Positions 52,856 through 61,914 of a DNA stretch of 64,000 nt are shown piece by piece. The stretch comes from Bacteroidales bacterium (GTDB lineage: Bacteria; Bacteroidota; Bacteroidia; Bacteroidales; WCHB1-69): positions 16,335 through 80,334 of the forward strand of contig JAKSMC010000001.1 in the NCBI GenBank assembly GCA_024400835.1, read 5' to 3'. The first letter of the stretch is position 1, and every line of letters begins with the position of its first letter. A program made the translations under genes and the position numbers. A model generated the notes under the pieces. That model worked only from the letters and a program-made list of their open reading frames with translations, did no database searches and was not told where the DNA came from.

Positions 52856-53257
52856 CTATTCCACAAGTGATTTTATATATTCGATAAAAGAATAGGCTTG
52901 GTCAGTAAGAGCAGCAACATCTTCTTTTGTACACAAAACGAAATCATCATAATCACCACTTTGTCGTTTTTCAAAAAGTGTTGATAGTGTTTTCCCTATC
53001 TCTATTGGAACAATTCCGGAAGCCACGAAATGTAAACCAAACATTGTTTTGACCCCGGCGTGACTTTGAGCTTGCAAATCATTTTTCAGCAACAAAGAAA
53101 TAACCGCATAATAGCAAGCATAGTATAGTCTGTTAATAGCAGCATTATAATATCCTTCTCCGGATAAAAGTGCTGCTTCTTTCATAGTTTCAGAAGCGCG
53201 TTCCAAACGATACTTCACCAAAGCATTTTTGCTTTCTATATCTAATATTTGTTTCAT
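52856..53257 (-). CDS. HEPN-domain protein (toxin partner of MNT)
   Basis: HEPN pattern with KRQSGDYDD. It overlaps the MNT gene by 4 nt. Confidence 0.8.
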   Translation of the reverse strand: MKQILDIESKNALVKYRLERASETMKEAALLSGEGYYNAAINRLYYACYYAVISLLLKNDLQAQSHAGVKTMFGLHFVASGIVPIEIGKTLSTLFEKRQSGDYDDFVLCTKEDVAALTDQAYSFIEYIKSLVE

Positions 53258-53568
53258 AATATAATGCCTTCATTTATAACATTCAAATAAAAAGGAGTGT
53301 TAAACGGACGGTTGTCCCAATTCTTTTTCGACATGACAATCGGGCTAATAGTCACACCCGACTCTAATTCCAATTTATACAATGGAGTGGTTATACTTTG
53401 TTCTCGTTCTATAGACAAATCATCCTCATCTAATAAAATCAGAATGTCTATATCACTATCTGCCCGTGCATCGCCACGAGCCTCACTTCCATATAGGATT
53501 TTTGTTGCCGATGGGGCTATATGGCTTAATAAATCTCGTATTTGCTCAACAACTTTGGGACGTTTCAT
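53254..53568 (-). CDS. Minimal nucleotidyltransferase (MNT) antitoxin-type protein
   Basis: LYGSEARGDARADSDIDILIL motif (GS...DxD). Confidence 0.8.
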   Translation of the reverse strand: MKRPKVVEQIRDLLSHIAPSATKILYGSEARGDARADSDIDILILLDEDDLSIEREQSITTPLYKLELESGVTISPIVMSKKNWDNRPFNTPFYLNVINEGIIL

Positions 53569-53587
53569 TTCACTCTTTTTTTTTAGC

Positions 53588-53624
53588 AGCGCAAAAGTAC
53601 ATAAAAAACTTGTAATTTTGCGCT
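53588..53624. promoter_or_regulatory. Divergent promoter pair forming a 13-bp inverted repeat (AGCGCAAAAGTAC-N11-GTAATTTTGCGCT)
   Basis: The minus-strand box TACTTTTG (53592..53599) faces MNT/HEPN. The plus-strand box TAATTTTG (53613..53620) faces the 91-aa membrane protein gene. The arms differ at one position. Confidence 0.5.
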
Positions 53625-53642
53625 CTCAAAAAAAACAAGACT

Positions 53643-53918
53643 ATGACATTCGCTCTATTGATTTTCGGGCTTGCCAGTCACACCTTGCTTTCCGTCATCA
53701 TCGGACTGTTCGGGGCACGGCGGCGCATCGGCTTCGGCTGGACGTTTCTTTTGTCAGTACTGCTCACGCCCATTGCCGGACTCATCGGGGTCCTACTGTC
53801 AGACCCACTGCCGGGGCAGGAGAAGAAATGGGGCTGTGTGGGCACAATATTGGCCATGATGGTCATCATCACCCTGCTGATCATCGGCGTGGTGCTAATT
53901 GGTGCTTTTTTAGCTTAA
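53643..53918 (+). CDS. Small hydrophobic membrane protein of unknown function
   Basis: A 91-aa protein with three predicted TM segments and its own promoter box. Confidence 0.55.
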   Translation: MTFALLIFGLASHTLLSVIIGLFGARRRIGFGWTFLLSVLLTPIAGLIGVLLSDPLPGQEKKWGCVGTILAMMVIITLLIIGVVLIGAFLA

Positions 53919-53928
53919 TTGATCTGTT

Positions 53929-54294
53929 ATGAACATCGAATCCTGTCGTGAATATTGTTTGGGCAAACCGCTCGCCACGGAAGACACGCCGTTTGACGAG
54001 ACCACCTTGGTCATCCGCGTGATGAACAAGATTTTCGCCTGTTTAGATATGGAGCGTCCCGACCTCGTAGTGCTGAAGTGCGACCCCGCCTATGCCATCG
54101 AGTTACGCGACCGCTACAGCGCCATTGAAGGGGCGTGGCACTGGAACAAGAAATACTGGAATCAGATTTTCTTTCACGGCGATGTAGATGACGATCTATT
54201 ATGTTCTCTCATCGACCATTCGTATGACGAGGTTGTCAAGAAAATGCCCAAGAAAACGCAAGAACTCATTCATAAGGCAAACAATAATCTATAA
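53929..54294 (+). CDS. MmcQ/YjbR-family protein
   Basis: CREYCLGKPLATEDTPFDE...VIRVMNKIFA pattern typical of the family. Confidence 0.75.
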   Translation: MNIESCREYCLGKPLATEDTPFDETTLVIRVMNKIFACLDMERPDLVVLKCDPAYAIELRDRYSAIEGAWHWNKKYWNQIFFHGDVDDDLLCSLIDHSYDEVVKKMPKKTQELIHKANNNL

Positions 54295-54298
54295 TACT

Positions 54299-55879
54299 AT
54301 GAAGAAGTTATTTTTCCTAACACTCATCTGCACTTTTATCAGTTTTTGTCTGGCAAGCACACCTGACTCGTCACGTATGCGCCTTCCTCTGCCACCACGC
54401 ACGCACAAGCCGCTGCCAAAAGTCAAATTGGACAGCCACCGCAGCAATTTCGAGCTCACCAACTTAGTGGTGTTCATCCGTTTTGCCGACGACCCAGAAA
54501 TAGACAAGTCTTTTGAAGATATCAACAGGATATTCAACGACTCGTCAGCCAACGCAATGTCTGTGTTCAACTACTTTGATGCGATGAGTTATGGAAAAAT
54601 CCATTACAACACTGTTTATACCAATCAGATACAGAACAACACGATTGTATCGTACTGCGATCGGCATCCGCGCTGCTATTTCGAACCATACTCAGTCAAC
54701 AATCCTGAAGGTTATCAGCCATTTTCACCGGATTCAGTCTGTCCGCGCGAACGCCAGCTTTTAGCCGACGCCCTTCATTACATAGACTCTTTGCACTTAG
54801 TGGATCCCAGCATCAATCTGGACGGCAATGAAGACGGATACATCGATAACATCAGTTTCATCGTCAAAGGCGGATGCGGTGACTGGGCTTCCTTGCTTTG
54901 GCCGCACATGGAATTCTTCAATGACGAGCCCTACCCTGTCACCGTCAACGGTGTTGCGCCCTACACCTTCAATTTCGAACTGGAAGGCTCTGGATACTAC
55001 TTCTCCGCCAATGTCTTCTGCCACGAGATGTCTCATTCACTCGGACTGCCCGACCTGTACCACTACTACGAATATCAGGATGTCGATCCTGTAGGAGCTT
55101 GGGATATCATGGGCAGCAACAATATGCAGCAACTCAACGCGATGATGAAATACAAATTTTTAGGCATTGTGGACGAGCCCATTCAAATCACCGAAGACGG
55201 GGACTATGAGCTCTTCAGCAACGCAACCTCAGACGTTCAGAACTGCTACTACATCAAATCCTCGATTGACAGCACTCAATGGTACACCATTGAATATCGC
55301 AACGCTTACGACTATATGGACAACGTATATAGCACCGGGCTGCTTATCGGCCGTTGGGTGGATACGATGGATGTCAACAACATCTATTCGTCTGGGGATG
55401 CGCATTTCGACTTCTACAACAATGCTCACGGCTATTGGATTTTCCGACCGGGCAGCAGCAGCGACACCATAAACGGGGATCTCTATTCAGCCGCATTCGG
55501 AACCTACAAGCCCAACTTCGGGCCAACGACGGACCCACATCCTTACCTTACCGACGGAACTCCCGAAAACAGTTTCGAAATCAGCAATATACATAGAGAC
55601 AACGGCAAATTCATCTTCCACGTCCACTTTCTGAATGTTGGTGTTGAGGAACACGCCACAGCCGACATCCGCATCTTTCCCAACCCTGCCTCCGACGTTC
55701 TGAACATCGAAGGTTCTGGCATACAACAAGTGCAGATTTGCGATATGTTAGGCAAAGTTGTAGTTACAAGCAGCACTCCCGACAACCACATAGACATTTC
55801 ATCGTTGGATGACGGAATCTATTTGGTCAGAATCTTATCCGACCAAGGAATTGCTGTGAAGAAATTCATTAAGAAATAG
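54299..55879 (+). CDS. M6-like (immune inhibitor A-type) zinc metalloprotease with a T9SS C-terminal sorting domain
   Basis: HEMSHSLGLPDLY (HExxH), a signal peptide, and the CTD IRIFPNPASDVLNIE...GIYLVRIL...KFIKK. Confidence 0.8.
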   Translation: MKKLFFLTLICTFISFCLASTPDSSRMRLPLPPRTHKPLPKVKLDSHRSNFELTNLVVFIRFADDPEIDKSFEDINRIFNDSSANAMSVFNYFDAMSYGKIHYNTVYTNQIQNNTIVSYCDRHPRCYFEPYSVNNPEGYQPFSPDSVCPRERQLLADALHYIDSLHLVDPSINLDGNEDGYIDNISFIVKGGCGDWASLLWPHMEFFNDEPYPVTVNGVAPYTFNFELEGSGYYFSANVFCHEMSHSLGLPDLYHYYEYQDVDPVGAWDIMGSNNMQQLNAMMKYKFLGIVDEPIQITEDGDYELFSNATSDVQNCYYIKSSIDSTQWYTIEYRNAYDYMDNVYSTGLLIGRWVDTMDVNNIYSSGDAHFDFYNNAHGYWIFRPGSSSDTINGDLYSAAFGTYKPNFGPTTDPHPYLTDGTPENSFEISNIHRDNGKFIFHVHFLNVGVEEHATADIRIFPNPASDVLNIEGSGIQQVQICDMLGKVVVTSSTPDNHIDISSLDDGIYLVRILSDQGIAVKKFIKK

Positions 55880-55887
55880 CGATTGCG

Positions 55888-57510
55888 CTATTTGCGGCCG
55901 TCGCCCACGATGATGCGGCCTTGCGGCTCAGCATACTCCGTTCCGATTTTCTTGTTGAGGAATTTCGTAATGTAGGTCTCCAAAATCTCGGCATCACTGC
56001 AGACAGCGTCTTTTGTGATTACGATGTTCGGGAAGACAACACCGTCGCCATTGTCTCTAAGGACGTAAGCACTGGCAGCAATAGTGTAATGTGCCGTAGG
56101 AACGATAGGTTCGTACTCACCCGTGTTCTTGTTGAGGACAGTCACATGATGAACACGACGTTTCCCATTGACAGAAGAGAACACTCCATTACCGTCTACA
56201 ATAACGGAAGAAGCGACAGTTGTATCGATTTCATATTTCAGACCGGAAACTTGAGCAAAGCCGCCGTTGTCAACCGGGCTTCTTCTTGAAGTCATCTCCA
56301 AAGCATCAAGTACGGCCTGGCCGGTGACTTCACCTACAGCAGCCTGGCTGTTGAACGGGAACACGGACAACAATGAATTCAGCGTTATTTTCCCAGCCGG
56401 AAGGTCAGCACGGATGCTACCGCCATTGCACCAACCGATGTCCGTATTCTGGGTCATTCTATAAGCGTCAGCACAAAAGTCGCCAAGATTACATTCGAGT
56501 TTGCGAACGATACGGGCGCCTGCCTCGTCATTGATGGACTGTGCAACAGCGCTGCTGCCGATTTCACGTCTGCCAGCCTCATCAACCTTATTCTTCACGG
56601 AAGCAGCCCAGAAGCTGACCTTGCTGTCATAGAAAATCTCATCCGTCGGAATCAATTCCGTACTGATATGACCATTGGATTTGATAATCAAACGGCCGAC
56701 ATTAGCGAAAGCCGTACCGGTAGAAGAAAGCACTACCTTTTTGCCCTTGCTATTGAGAACCGTCTGCTGAGGAATTTCACTATGAGCGTGGCCGTCCAAA
56801 ACGACGTCAATGCCAGAAGTATGGGAAATCAATTGCAAAGAAGTGGGAGCACTGCCCACATCGCCAAGATGAGAAATCACCACAACGTAATCAGCACCTT
56901 CCTGACGAGCCTGGTCAACTTCATTTTGTACGATCTCAAAAAGTCTGTCCTGGCAGAAAGTATAAACGAACTTTCCATTTTCATCTTTGAAATAAGCCGG
57001 AGTAGAAGAAGTCATGGATTCGGGTGTTGAAACACCAATGAAGGCAACATTCAGCTTGCCAAATTGTTTGATGGCATGGCCGTCGAACATCGTTTTGTTT
57101 CCGTCTATTGTTCTAAAATTGCAGCTGAGCGTCTTAGCGGTCAACTTCTCCGTCAATTTCTGTAACTGCGGTATGCGGTAGTCAAACTCATGATTACCTA
57201 ATGTAATGAAGTCATAACCAACGACATTCATCAACTCCACAATATATTCTCCTTTGTTGATAGAGCCGAAAACGTTTCCGGAAACGAAGTCACCGCAAGA
57301 GACCAATGCCACATTCGGCGTCAGATTTTTCATCACGTCACGTTCGCCAGCCATACGGGCATAACCGTCAATAGCACAGTGGACATCGTTATCATATAAG
57401 ATGACAACGTCCTTAGGTTTGATATTTTGTGCATCAATTTGGCCAACTGAGCCAAATGAGAACAATATCATTATTACGATAACAAACTGATAGATAGAAT
57501 TTTTCTTCAT
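55888..57510 (-). CDS. Secreted bifunctional metallophosphatase/5'-nucleotidase (UshA-like)
   Basis: DVHC..., GDFVSG and GNHEFDY motifs, plus a C-terminal 5'-nucleotidase domain. Confidence 0.85.
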   Translation of the reverse strand: MKKNSIYQFVIVIMILFSFGSVGQIDAQNIKPKDVVILYDNDVHCAIDGYARMAGERDVMKNLTPNVALVSCGDFVSGNVFGSINKGEYIVELMNVVGYDFITLGNHEFDYRIPQLQKLTEKLTAKTLSCNFRTIDGNKTMFDGHAIKQFGKLNVAFIGVSTPESMTSSTPAYFKDENGKFVYTFCQDRLFEIVQNEVDQARQEGADYVVVISHLGDVGSAPTSLQLISHTSGIDVVLDGHAHSEIPQQTVLNSKGKKVVLSSTGTAFANVGRLIIKSNGHISTELIPTDEIFYDSKVSFWAASVKNKVDEAGRREIGSSAVAQSINDEAGARIVRKLECNLGDFCADAYRMTQNTDIGWCNGGSIRADLPAGKITLNSLLSVFPFNSQAAVGEVTGQAVLDALEMTSRRSPVDNGGFAQVSGLKYEIDTTVASSVIVDGNGVFSSVNGKRRVHHVTVLNKNTGEYEPIVPTAHYTIAASAYVLRDNGDGVVFPNIVITKDAVCSDAEILETYITKFLNKKIGTEYAEPQGRIIVGDGRK

Positions 57511-57536
57511 TTGAATAGCTATTTTTATTGAAGCCG

Positions 57537-57544
57537 CAAAAGTA
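57537..57544 (-). promoter_or_regulatory. -7 promoter box TACTTTTG for the 5'-nucleotidase gene
   Basis: Matches TAnnTTTG 27 nt upstream of the ATG at 57510. Confidence 0.45.
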
Positions 57545-57588
57545 TGAAAAAACTTTGGCTTAAGGCTTTATACATTAGCCTTTTTTTG

Positions 57589-57596
57589 TACCTTTG
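57589..57596 (+). promoter_or_regulatory. -7 promoter box TACCTTTG for the nqr operon
   Basis: Matches TAnnTTTG 23 nt upstream of the ATG at 57619. This argues against the longer ORF-track start at 57544. Confidence 0.5.
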
Positions 57597-57618
57597 CGCC
57601 TTTCAAAAGCATTATACA

Positions 57619-58959
57619 ATGAAATATAAAATCTCGAAGGGACTTGACTTGAAGTTAGCAGGCGAACCTGTGGACAAAGAAGTCAGCATTCCGATGTCCA
57701 AGACATTTTACGTGAAGCCGACTGATTTCCGTTGGTTCACCCCACGTCTACGCGTTCAGGAAGGCGCATCCGTTGACGTCGGCACACCGTTGTTTGCCGA
57801 CAAGCAGGATGAGCGCATCGTCCTCGTTTCTCCTGTCAAAGGCACAGTACGGCAGATTGTCAGAGGCGAGAAGCGCGCTATCCAGGCCGTGGTCATAGAG
57901 GCTGACGAAACCCCTGTCGTCACTCGCACTGTGGACTTTGCCGAGCCTACCGACAGCGCAACTATCCGCGAAATACTACTGCAGAATGGTCTGTGGGCCT
58001 GCCTGCGCCAACGTCCGTTTTCCACTATGCCGAGCCCAGACGTCACCCCGACCGCCGTCTTTGTGTCCTGCTTCGACTCCGCTCCGCTTGCCCCCGACTA
58101 CAATATATTATTAAGAGGCAGGGAAGAGGCTTTCCGCAAAGGCATTGGCATCCTGCGCTTAGCGGCTGACAATGCCCCGGTGCACATTTGCATGCGCGAA
58201 GATGGCCAAAACGAACTTTTCGAAAGTTGCGAGAATGTCAGCAAACACTACTTCAGCGGACCGCATCCCGCCGGCAACGTAGGCACGCAAATACACCTTG
58301 TCAGTCCCATCAACAAAGGAGATGTCGTATGGTTCGTCCATCCCGCAGAAGTTGCCCGTATCGGACAACTGTTCCTCAACCACACACTGTCCTTCGACAA
58401 GAAAGTAGCCCGCACCGGACCCTGTCTGGCCACTACCGGCTACTTCGACACTGTTTATGGGGCAGACATTTCCGACATCCTGTTTGCCAATCTGCCTGAC
58501 AAAAGTTTTCGCAATATCAGCGGCAACGTGCTCACAGGAGCTCTGCTTGCGGAATTTCCGACTGTCCGCTTCTATGATTACCAAACCACAGTCATTGAAG
58601 AAGGCGGCAAACGGGAATTCATCGGCTGGCTGCTACCCGGCTTCAAAAAGTGGAGCTTTTCGCACACCTACTTGTCCTGGCTCACCAAAAACAAGGTTTA
58701 CCAACACAACACCTCATTGCACGGCGGGCGCCGCACCTTTATGATGACCGACGTATATGACAAAGTCTTTCCTTTCGACATCATACCCTTGTCATTGCTC
58801 AAAGCCTGCTACATCAAAGACATCGAACAGATGGAAGCCTTAGGCATTTACGAGGTGGATGACGAAGACTTCGCCCTCTGCGAAGTGGTGTGCCCGTCCA
58901 AAATGGAATGTCAGCAGATTGTACGCGACGCACTTTGTGAGTTAAGAGTTAAGAACTAA
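57619..58959 (+). CDS. nqrA: Na+-translocating NADH:quinone oxidoreductase subunit A
   Basis: MKYKISKGLDLKLAGEP start typical of NqrA, and its position as first gene of the nqr operon. Confidence 0.9.
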   Translation: MKYKISKGLDLKLAGEPVDKEVSIPMSKTFYVKPTDFRWFTPRLRVQEGASVDVGTPLFADKQDERIVLVSPVKGTVRQIVRGEKRAIQAVVIEADETPVVTRTVDFAEPTDSATIREILLQNGLWACLRQRPFSTMPSPDVTPTAVFVSCFDSAPLAPDYNILLRGREEAFRKGIGILRLAADNAPVHICMREDGQNELFESCENVSKHYFSGPHPAGNVGTQIHLVSPINKGDVVWFVHPAEVARIGQLFLNHTLSFDKKVARTGPCLATTGYFDTVYGADISDILFANLPDKSFRNISGNVLTGALLAEFPTVRFYDYQTTVIEEGGKREFIGWLLPGFKKWSFSHTYLSWLTKNKVYQHNTSLHGGRRTFMMTDVYDKVFPFDIIPLSLLKACYIKDIEQMEALGIYEVDDEDFALCEVVCPSKMECQQIVRDALCELRVKN

Positions 58960-58980
58960 GAGTTAAGAGTTAAAAATTGA
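58939..58980 (+). repeat. Period-7 array GAGTTAA GAGTTAA GAACTAA GAGTTAA GAGTTAA AAATTGA straddling the nqrA stop
   Basis: Read directly. TAA or TGA recurs every 7 nt from 58943 to 58978. The nqrA stop is the one at 58957. Confidence 0.7.
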
Positions 58981-58992
58981 AAATATTAGATA

Positions 58993-60081
58993 ATGGCAAA
59001 ATTCAACGCATTATTTGACGCCATAGACTCGTTTTTGCGGACGCCAGCCACGGTGACGACCAGTGGCAGCCACATCCGCGATTCGGTCGATATGAAACGC
59101 ATCATGATCACCGTGATGATAGCCCTATGTCCCGCGCTGCTTTTCGGCATGTGGAACGTAGGTTACCAACATTTTTTAAGAATGGGTTATGAGGCCAGCA
59201 TCTTCGGATGTTTCTGGTACGGCTTTTTGAAATGGCTGCCGTTAGTCATTGTGACCTACGTCAGCGGTTTGGCCATTGAAGTGCTGTTCGCACAAATTCG
59301 CAAAGAAGAGGTGGCGGAAGGCTTCTTCGTCACAGGCTTCATCATCCCGATGATTATGCCGCCTGATGTGCCGCTTTGGATTGTTGCCGTAGCCACGGCC
59401 TTTTCCGTATTGTTCGCGAAAGAGGTGTTCGGAGGCACCGGCTACAACTTCCTGAACCCGGCGTTGGTGGCCCGCGCCTTCGTATTCTTCGCCTACCCCT
59501 CCGTCATCTCCGGTGATTCCGTTTGGGTATCCAGGGCACCGCAAGACGCCATCACAGGAGCCACGCCGTTAGGCATGGTGATGAACGGCAATATGGACGC
59601 GATGCCTTCCACGCTGGAAATGTTCATCGGCACCATCCCCGGCTGCATCGGCGAGACCTGCAAAATCGCAATCCTGCTTGGTGCCGTCATCCTGCTCCTG
59701 ACGCAAGTGGCCGACTGGCGCATTATGTTCTCCGTATTCACCGGGGGATATGTCACAGCTGTGATTTTCCGTGTCTGCGGGTTGTGCGTGATACCGGGCT
59801 ACCAGCAACTGCTGATGGGCGGATTTCTATTCGGCACCGTCTTTATGGCCACGGATCCTGTAACAGCGGCACACACAGAAATGGGCAAGTACATCTACGG
59901 CCTGTTCATCGGCATATTGGCCATCATCATCCGCGTGCTCAACAAAGGCTATCCCGAAGGTATGATGCTCGCCATCCTGCTGATGAACATCTTCGCTCCG
60001 CTCATCGACTACTGCGTCGTGCAAAGCAACATCAAGCGAAGAGAAAAACGATTGTCTAACGCTAAAAAAACGACCCGATGA
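58993..60081 (+). CDS. nqrB: Na+-NQR subunit B
   Basis: A polytopic membrane protein with the NqrB/RnfD pattern (GGTGYNFLNPAL, FMATDPVT). Confidence 0.9.
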   Translation: MAKFNALFDAIDSFLRTPATVTTSGSHIRDSVDMKRIMITVMIALCPALLFGMWNVGYQHFLRMGYEASIFGCFWYGFLKWLPLVIVTYVSGLAIEVLFAQIRKEEVAEGFFVTGFIIPMIMPPDVPLWIVAVATAFSVLFAKEVFGGTGYNFLNPALVARAFVFFAYPSVISGDSVWVSRAPQDAITGATPLGMVMNGNMDAMPSTLEMFIGTIPGCIGETCKIAILLGAVILLLTQVADWRIMFSVFTGGYVTAVIFRVCGLCVIPGYQQLLMGGFLFGTVFMATDPVTAAHTEMGKYIYGLFIGILAIIIRVLNKGYPEGMMLAILLMNIFAPLIDYCVVQSNIKRREKRLSNAKKTTR

Positions 60082-60680
60082 AAAACTTCAGCAACACCTA
60101 CATCTTTATATACGTCACTGCGCTGGTATTAGTGATTGCCGTTGTGCTGTCTGCCGTGGCCATCGGGCTCAAGCCCAAACAGGAGGCCAACAAGCAGGCC
60201 GAAAAGGCACAGCAGATCCTGAAGGCGGCCGGATATCCCGACATCGAGCGCACGAAGGCCGTTGACTTCTTTGCCTCGGTGGCGCAAGCCAAAGAGGGCC
60301 AGGAACGTGAAATGTACAGCATCCGCTGTGCCGACGGCACCAACGGCACCGTAGTTTCCCTGCGGGGCAAAGGACTCTGGGGACCCATCTGGGGTTATGC
60401 CGTACTTTCCGAAGACAACACCACAGTGAAAGGCGTCTCCTTCTCGCACAAATCCGAAACCCCAGGCTTGGGCGCAAAAATTACGGAAGAGAACTTCACA
60501 CAGTCCTTTGTCGGCAAAAGACTTTATGACAAAGACGGCAACTTCGTATCTGTAAAAGTCGTACCCAAAGGCAAAGGCGGCAACATTGCCGAAGAGAACC
60601 GCGTAGATGCCATCTCCGGAGCTACCATCACCTCAAAAGGGGTGGATAAAATGCTGCAAGAATTGAAAATTGAAAATTGA
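60078..60680 (+). CDS. nqrC: Na+-NQR subunit C
   Basis: A single TM segment plus the FMN-attachment motif SGATITS. Confidence 0.9.
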   Translation: MKNFSNTYIFIYVTALVLVIAVVLSAVAIGLKPKQEANKQAEKAQQILKAAGYPDIERTKAVDFFASVAQAKEGQEREMYSIRCADGTNGTVVSLRGKGLWGPIWGYAVLSEDNTTVKGVSFSHKSETPGLGAKITEENFTQSFVGKRLYDKDGNFVSVKVVPKGKGGNIAEENRVDAISGATITSKGVDKMLQELKIEN

Positions 60681-60688
60681 AAATTATG
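60661..60688 (+). repeat. Period-7 array AATTGAA x3 plus AATTATG spanning the nqrC stop and the nqrD start
   Basis: Read directly. TGA occurs at 60664, 60671 and 60678 (the last is the nqrC stop). The fourth unit supplies the ATG at 60686. Confidence 0.7.
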
Positions 60689-61285
60689 AAGAAATATCTC
60701 GGACCTTTAAGCAAAGACAACCCCATATTGGTGCAGATTTTAGGAGTCTGTTCCGCTTTGGCGGTGACTGCCCAGATGAAGCCGGCGGTTGTAATGGCGC
60801 TCTCCGTCACCGTGGTGTGCGCCTGCTCCAACTTCATCATATCGCTGATGCGCAACACCATCCCGCCACGCATCCGCATCATTGTACAACTGTTGGTTGT
60901 CTCCTTCTTCGTCATTTTAGTTGACCAGGTGTTACAGGCCGCGCTCTACGACGTCAGCAAGATGTTGTCCGTGTTCGTCGGGCTCATCATCACCAACTGC
61001 ATCATTATGGGCCGTTTGGAGGCATTTGCCCTCTCGCACAAACCCATTCCCTCTCTCATTGACGGTGTCATGAACGGGTTGGGCTACGGATTAGTGCTCG
61101 TCATCGTGGCCTTCTTCCGCGAACTGCTCGGTTCCGGCACGCTTTGGAACCACCAAGTCATCCCACAGGCATTGTACAATGCCGGATACCTCAACAACGG
61201 CCTGATGATTCTGCCGCCTATGGCACTCATCTTGGTCGGTACGCTCATTTGGATTAAGAACGCTAAATTCGACAAGGTAAAATGA
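60686..61285 (+). CDS. nqrD: Na+-NQR subunit D
   Basis: NPILVQILGVCSALAVT pattern. The ATG at 60686 is preferred over the TTG at 60677. Confidence 0.9.
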   Translation: MKKYLGPLSKDNPILVQILGVCSALAVTAQMKPAVVMALSVTVVCACSNFIISLMRNTIPPRIRIIVQLLVVSFFVILVDQVLQAALYDVSKMLSVFVGLIITNCIIMGRLEAFALSHKPIPSLIDGVMNGLGYGLVLVIVAFFRELLGSGTLWNHQVIPQALYNAGYLNNGLMILPPMALILVGTLIWIKNAKFDKVK

Positions 61286-61893
61286 AAGATATAGTTGACA
61301 TCTTCGTACGTTCGGTCTTCATCGACAATATGATTTTCGCCTATTTCTTAGGTATGTGCTCCTATCTGGCCGTATCCAAGAATGTGAAGACCGCCTTCGG
61401 ACTCGGACTGGCCGTGTGTTTCGTACTGGCCGTCACGGTGCCGGTAGATTATCTCCTGGACAAATACCTGCTTCGCGAAGGTGCGTTAACCTGGTTGGGT
61501 CCGCAATTCGCCACTGTCGATTTGTCGTTCCTGAGCCTCATCATCTTCATTGCCGTCATTGCCGGCATTGTCCAACTTCTGGAAATGATTATCGAGCGCT
61601 ACCTGCCGGCACTGAATATGGCATTGGGCATATTCCTGCCTCTGATTGCGGTGAACTGTGCCATCTTGGGCGGTTCGCTTTTCATGCAGGAGAAGAACTT
61701 CCCGACAGTATTCCACAGTTTCTCCTACGCACTCGGCTCGGGGTTAGGCTGGTTGTTGGCCATTGTGGCCTTTGCCGCCATCCGCGAGCGTCTCAAATAC
61801 TCCAACATCCCAGAACCTTTGAAGGGCAACGGCATCGCCTACATCATCACCGGACTGTTAGGCATAGGTTTTATGGCATTTTTAGGAATATAA
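61282..61893 (+). CDS. nqrE: Na+-NQR subunit E
   Basis: NqrE/RnfA pattern (NMIFAYFLGMC, AVNCAILG). It overlaps nqrD by 4 nt. Confidence 0.9.
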   Translation: MKDIVDIFVRSVFIDNMIFAYFLGMCSYLAVSKNVKTAFGLGLAVCFVLAVTVPVDYLLDKYLLREGALTWLGPQFATVDLSFLSLIIFIAVIAGIVQLLEMIIERYLPALNMALGIFLPLIAVNCAILGGSLFMQEKNFPTVFHSFSYALGSGLGWLLAIVAFAAIRERLKYSNIPEPLKGNGIAYIITGLLGIGFMAFLGI

Positions 61894-61914
61894 TAGTTCT
61901 CAAAACCCAATAGA

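Noticed and set aside
57562-57587. A hairpin AAGGCT-N9-AGCCTT followed by T7 between the divergent 5'-nucleotidase and nqr promoters
   Set aside because: It looks like a terminator, but no upstream plus-strand gene exists to terminate. The stem is only 6 bp, and the T-run may simply be promoter-upstream AT-rich DNA.
57544-57618. N-terminal extensions offered by the ORF track: nqrA from 57544, the M6 protease from 54188, truB from 29074, lon from 30298, meaB from 32806, ftsX from 27071 and hicA from 48245
   Set aside because: The extensions overlap upstream genes, terminators or promoter boxes. Several begin at TTG or GTG. Internal ATGs give canonical N-termini or signal peptides.
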